From the NCBI GenBank assembly GCA_035500505.1, contig DATJXE010000004.1, positions 1-48,229 of the forward strand: a stretch of DNA of 48,229 nt, read 5' to 3'. Source of the DNA: Minisyncoccota bacterium. GTDB taxonomy: Bacteria > Patescibacteriota > Minisyncoccia > Phycocordibacterales > UBA2100. A program made the translations under genes and the position numbers. Under the pieces are notes generated by a model. It saw nothing but the letters and a program-made list of their open reading frames with translations. It had not been told where the DNA came from and did not search any database. Positions 46,038-48,229 of the stretch are shown in pieces; position 1 is the stretch's first letter, and each line of letters starts with the position of its first letter.

Positions 46038-47006
46038 TTAGCGCAAGGAGCCGTCTTTTATCGCATTCAAAAGCGCCCTCGCGCGCTCAAGGCTCTCCGG
46101 TTCGAGGATGGAGAGCGGCGTCGCGTCGATGCCGGCCTTCTTGAGCGCGGCGAGCTTTTCGTTGAGCTCCTCCGGCGTGAGCATGTCGGATTTGGTGAGA
46201 AAAACGTGCTCATTTTTTTGCACGAGCTCCGGACTGTACTTCTCCAGCTCCTTGCGCACGATGTTGTAATCCACAACCGGGTCATCGCTTTCTGCAGAAA
46301 TGAGGTGGAACAACGTGCGCGTGCGCTCCACGTGCTTGAGAAATTTCACGCCGAGACCTTTTCCGGACGAAGCGCCTTCGATGAGGCCGGGAATGTCGGC
46401 GATGATGAGTTCGTAGTAGGCGCCGAGGTGCGGCTCGAGCGTCGTGAAGGCGTAATTCGCCACACGGCTTTTGGCGGCGGTGAGTTCATTCAAGAGGCTG
46501 GATTTGCCTGCATTGGGCAACCCGACAAGCCCGACATCTGCGATGAGCCGCAATTCGAGCCGGTATTCGGCGACGTCGCCGGGCGTGCCCTCTTCAAAAT
46601 CTTTTGGAGTCGTGTTGGTAGATGAGCGGAATTTGTAATTCCCTCTCCCGCCCTTGCCTCCGCCCGCGGCGAGCAGCCTATCGCCCGCTTTCACGATCTC
46701 TTTGCGGAAGCCAGAGGCGAGATTTACCACGGTCGTGCCGGCAGGCACTTTCAATATCATGTCCTCGCCCGCACTTCCATCAATAAATTGCCCGCGGCCG
46801 TTCCCCCCGCTTTCCGCGCGAATGACCTTGCGATGCGAAAAGGCGCCGAGCGCGGCGATATCCGAAACTCCTTCGAAATAAATGCTCGCACCCCGCCCGC
46901 CATCCCCTCCCGTCGGGCCCTGCATCAAGCGAACCTTCTGAAAAGCCACAGCGCCCCTGCCGCCATGCCCCGCCTCCAGCCGTACCGTTATCTCATCAAC
47001 TAACAT
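46038..47006 (-). CDS. obg: GTPase Obg/CgtA
   Basis: Obg fold GGHGGRG...GGDGGRG...GGKGGRGN, G1 motif GLPNAGKSSL, and DIPGLIEGAS. Confidence 0.95.
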   Translation of the reverse strand: MLVDEITVRLEAGHGGRGAVAFQKVRLMQGPTGGDGGRGASIYFEGVSDIAALGAFSHRKVIRAESGGNGRGQFIDGSAGEDMILKVPAGTTVVNLASGFRKEIVKAGDRLLAAGGGKGGRGNYKFRSSTNTTPKDFEEGTPGDVAEYRLELRLIADVGLVGLPNAGKSSLLNELTAAKSRVANYAFTTLEPHLGAYYELIIADIPGLIEGASSGKGLGVKFLKHVERTRTLFHLISAESDDPVVDYNIVRKELEKYSPELVQKNEHVFLTKSDMLTPEELNEKLAALKKAGIDATPLSILEPESLERARALLNAIKDGSLR

Positions 47007-47034
47007 CGCCGCATGCTAGCACGGGTCCCTCCCT

Positions 47035-48072
47035 TTAAAGATCCCCGGCGTTTGTAATCATGTCCCAGGATTGTATATAGCCGAGCCCTTCAAATTTCCC
47101 TTCGACTGCCCAGGTGGGCATTCCGATTCCACATTTACTATTGTCGTCGAGAGCAAGACCACCAGAATTTCCCTCGTCGATGTTCGCGGAAGTCTTGTAG
47201 ATGTATCCATAGGCAGTACTTACTATTCCACTTACAATTCCATTTGTAACAGTTAAGGAGTTTCCACCATCTGCCGGGTAACCAAATACTGTAACTTCGT
47301 CACCAATGTTGATTTGATTGGGTGTGCAGGCCGAGAGAGCGTATGGCTGAAATTGCTCAGTTGGGTCGTTGGGAGTGAGTTCTGCAAAATCTACGTCTGG
47401 ATAATCGTCACCTACTTCGGTAATTGTTACCGGATATGTTTCGCTTGCCGTGTATGTCGGTGGCTGCGGTAGTCCTATTTCGCACCGTTGATTCGTCGAA
47501 GCAGGATCAAGGACATGCAAGTCCGTATAGACAACCCAACTACCTGAATTCGTCCCTTGAACATCACCGCTACCTGTCGAGATTTCAGTGTCGGTTACGC
47601 AGGTTACCTGCACAACCCTTGACATGGTTTCTTTTAGGAGGGTTGAGGAAAGTGATACGTCAGCTGTTGCCCCCGCGGCAGTCACAACCTCAGCTTGTGC
47701 CTGTTTTGCTAACGCTTCTGACGAACTAGCTTCCGCTGCTTCTTGCCGAACCATCGCTGCTGAAGTGCTCGCGCTATCGGCTAAGTTTTTAATCTCATCC
47801 TGCGCGGTCAAAAGGGTTTGTTGTTGAGATGCAAGGAGGCTTTGCGCCTGTTCGTAACTACTCCACAGTTTGTAACCGGCAAAAATAGCGATTAAAATTG
47901 CTCCCCCAACAATCAACACGCGCCCTGTTAGGTACCTTTTGACGATGAGGCCGTATCCGATTAAAAATCCTGTTGCGGAGCTTAGGGGGCCTGAGTAAGA
48001 AATTCGCACCCCACAATTGTCGCAGTATTTGCTCCCGTGTTCTATCTTCGAGCCGCAGTTGTTGCAATACAT
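47035..48072 (-). CDS. zinc-ribbon / TM / coiled-coil / trypsin-like (S1) serine protease
   Basis: MYCNNCG..CDNCG zinc ribbon, one TM helix, an A/Q/E-rich helix, then a protease domain with GYPADGG and the catalytic-Ser motif DEGNSGGL. Start taken at 48072; the ORF extends to 48156. Confidence 0.75.
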   Translation of the reverse strand: MYCNNCGSKIEHGSKYCDNCGVRISYSGPLSSATGFLIGYGLIVKRYLTGRVLIVGGAILIAIFAGYKLWSSYEQAQSLLASQQQTLLTAQDEIKNLADSASTSAAMVRQEAAEASSSEALAKQAQAEVVTAAGATADVSLSSTLLKETMSRVVQVTCVTDTEISTGSGDVQGTNSGSWVVYTDLHVLDPASTNQRCEIGLPQPPTYTASETYPVTITEVGDDYPDVDFAELTPNDPTEQFQPYALSACTPNQINIGDEVTVFGYPADGGNSLTVTNGIVSGIVSTAYGYIYKTSANIDEGNSGGLALDDNSKCGIGMPTWAVEGKFEGLGYIQSWDMITNAGDL

Positions 48073-48079
48073 CAATACA

Positions 48080-48229
48080 TTATGGGCTCGTCGTTTGAAG
48101 CCAAGAGTTGGCGGAGCTAGAATTCGTATAAGCTTCTGTTGTATATGGCGAAACACTGACCGTGTAGTAAGAATCGGAATTGTCTATCATGTCCTTTGTC
48201 GCGGTATCCATATCGCTCGCGGCGGTGGC
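48080..48229 (-). CDS. C-terminal 49 codons of an unidentified gene entering from the right edge
   Basis: My translation is open from nt 48229 to the TAA at 48080-48082 (..MDTATKDMIDNSDSYYTVSVSPYTTEAYTNSSSANSWLQTTSP*). The stop lies 7 nt before the protease start. Too short to identify. Confidence 0.3.
   Translation of the reverse strand, partial: ATAASDMDTATKDMIDNSDSYYTVSVSPYTTEAYTNSSSANSWLQTTSP

Overview
Mostly minus-strand chromosomal segment of about 55-60% GC, using the standard genetic code (TGA is used as a stop). The gene content looks like a reduced-genome bacterium, possibly Patescibacteria/CPR; this is inference from gene content only. Core content: leuS (partial, absent from the ORF track because it runs off the left edge), ychF, a complete F1Fo ATP synthase operon, ahcY, the mraZ-rsmH-ftsL-ftsI division cluster, guaA, amtB-glnA, obg, cspA, a two-component system, and a polysaccharide locus with an NDP-sugar dehydrogenase, a HasA/NodC-like synthase and a CE4 deacetylase. 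Three tRNAs are present: Glu-CUC, Ala-GGC and Arg-CCG. The most unusual observations are: (1) LeuRS carries two in-frame inserted hydrolase domains, a YdeN/RBBP9-like serine hydrolase and a canonical Nudix, at the edges of its editing domain. (2) An AT-rich island next to tRNA-Glu encodes four tandem paralogous ~70-aa HTH proteins plus a 291-aa protein with a possible nuclease-like C-terminus, and has no recombinase. (3) Two homologous ~110-nt hairpin elements lie just 3' of tRNA-Ala and tRNA-Arg, each ending in a copy of that tRNA's T-loop-to-3' end. (4) An AT-rich Nudix gene is wedged between atpA and atpG. (5) A nested 26-bp-arm palindrome and an orphan terminator-capped intergenic RNA candidate are also present. 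No CRISPR array, rRNA or transposase/integrase was seen. All domain calls come from motif reading by eye, not from searches.
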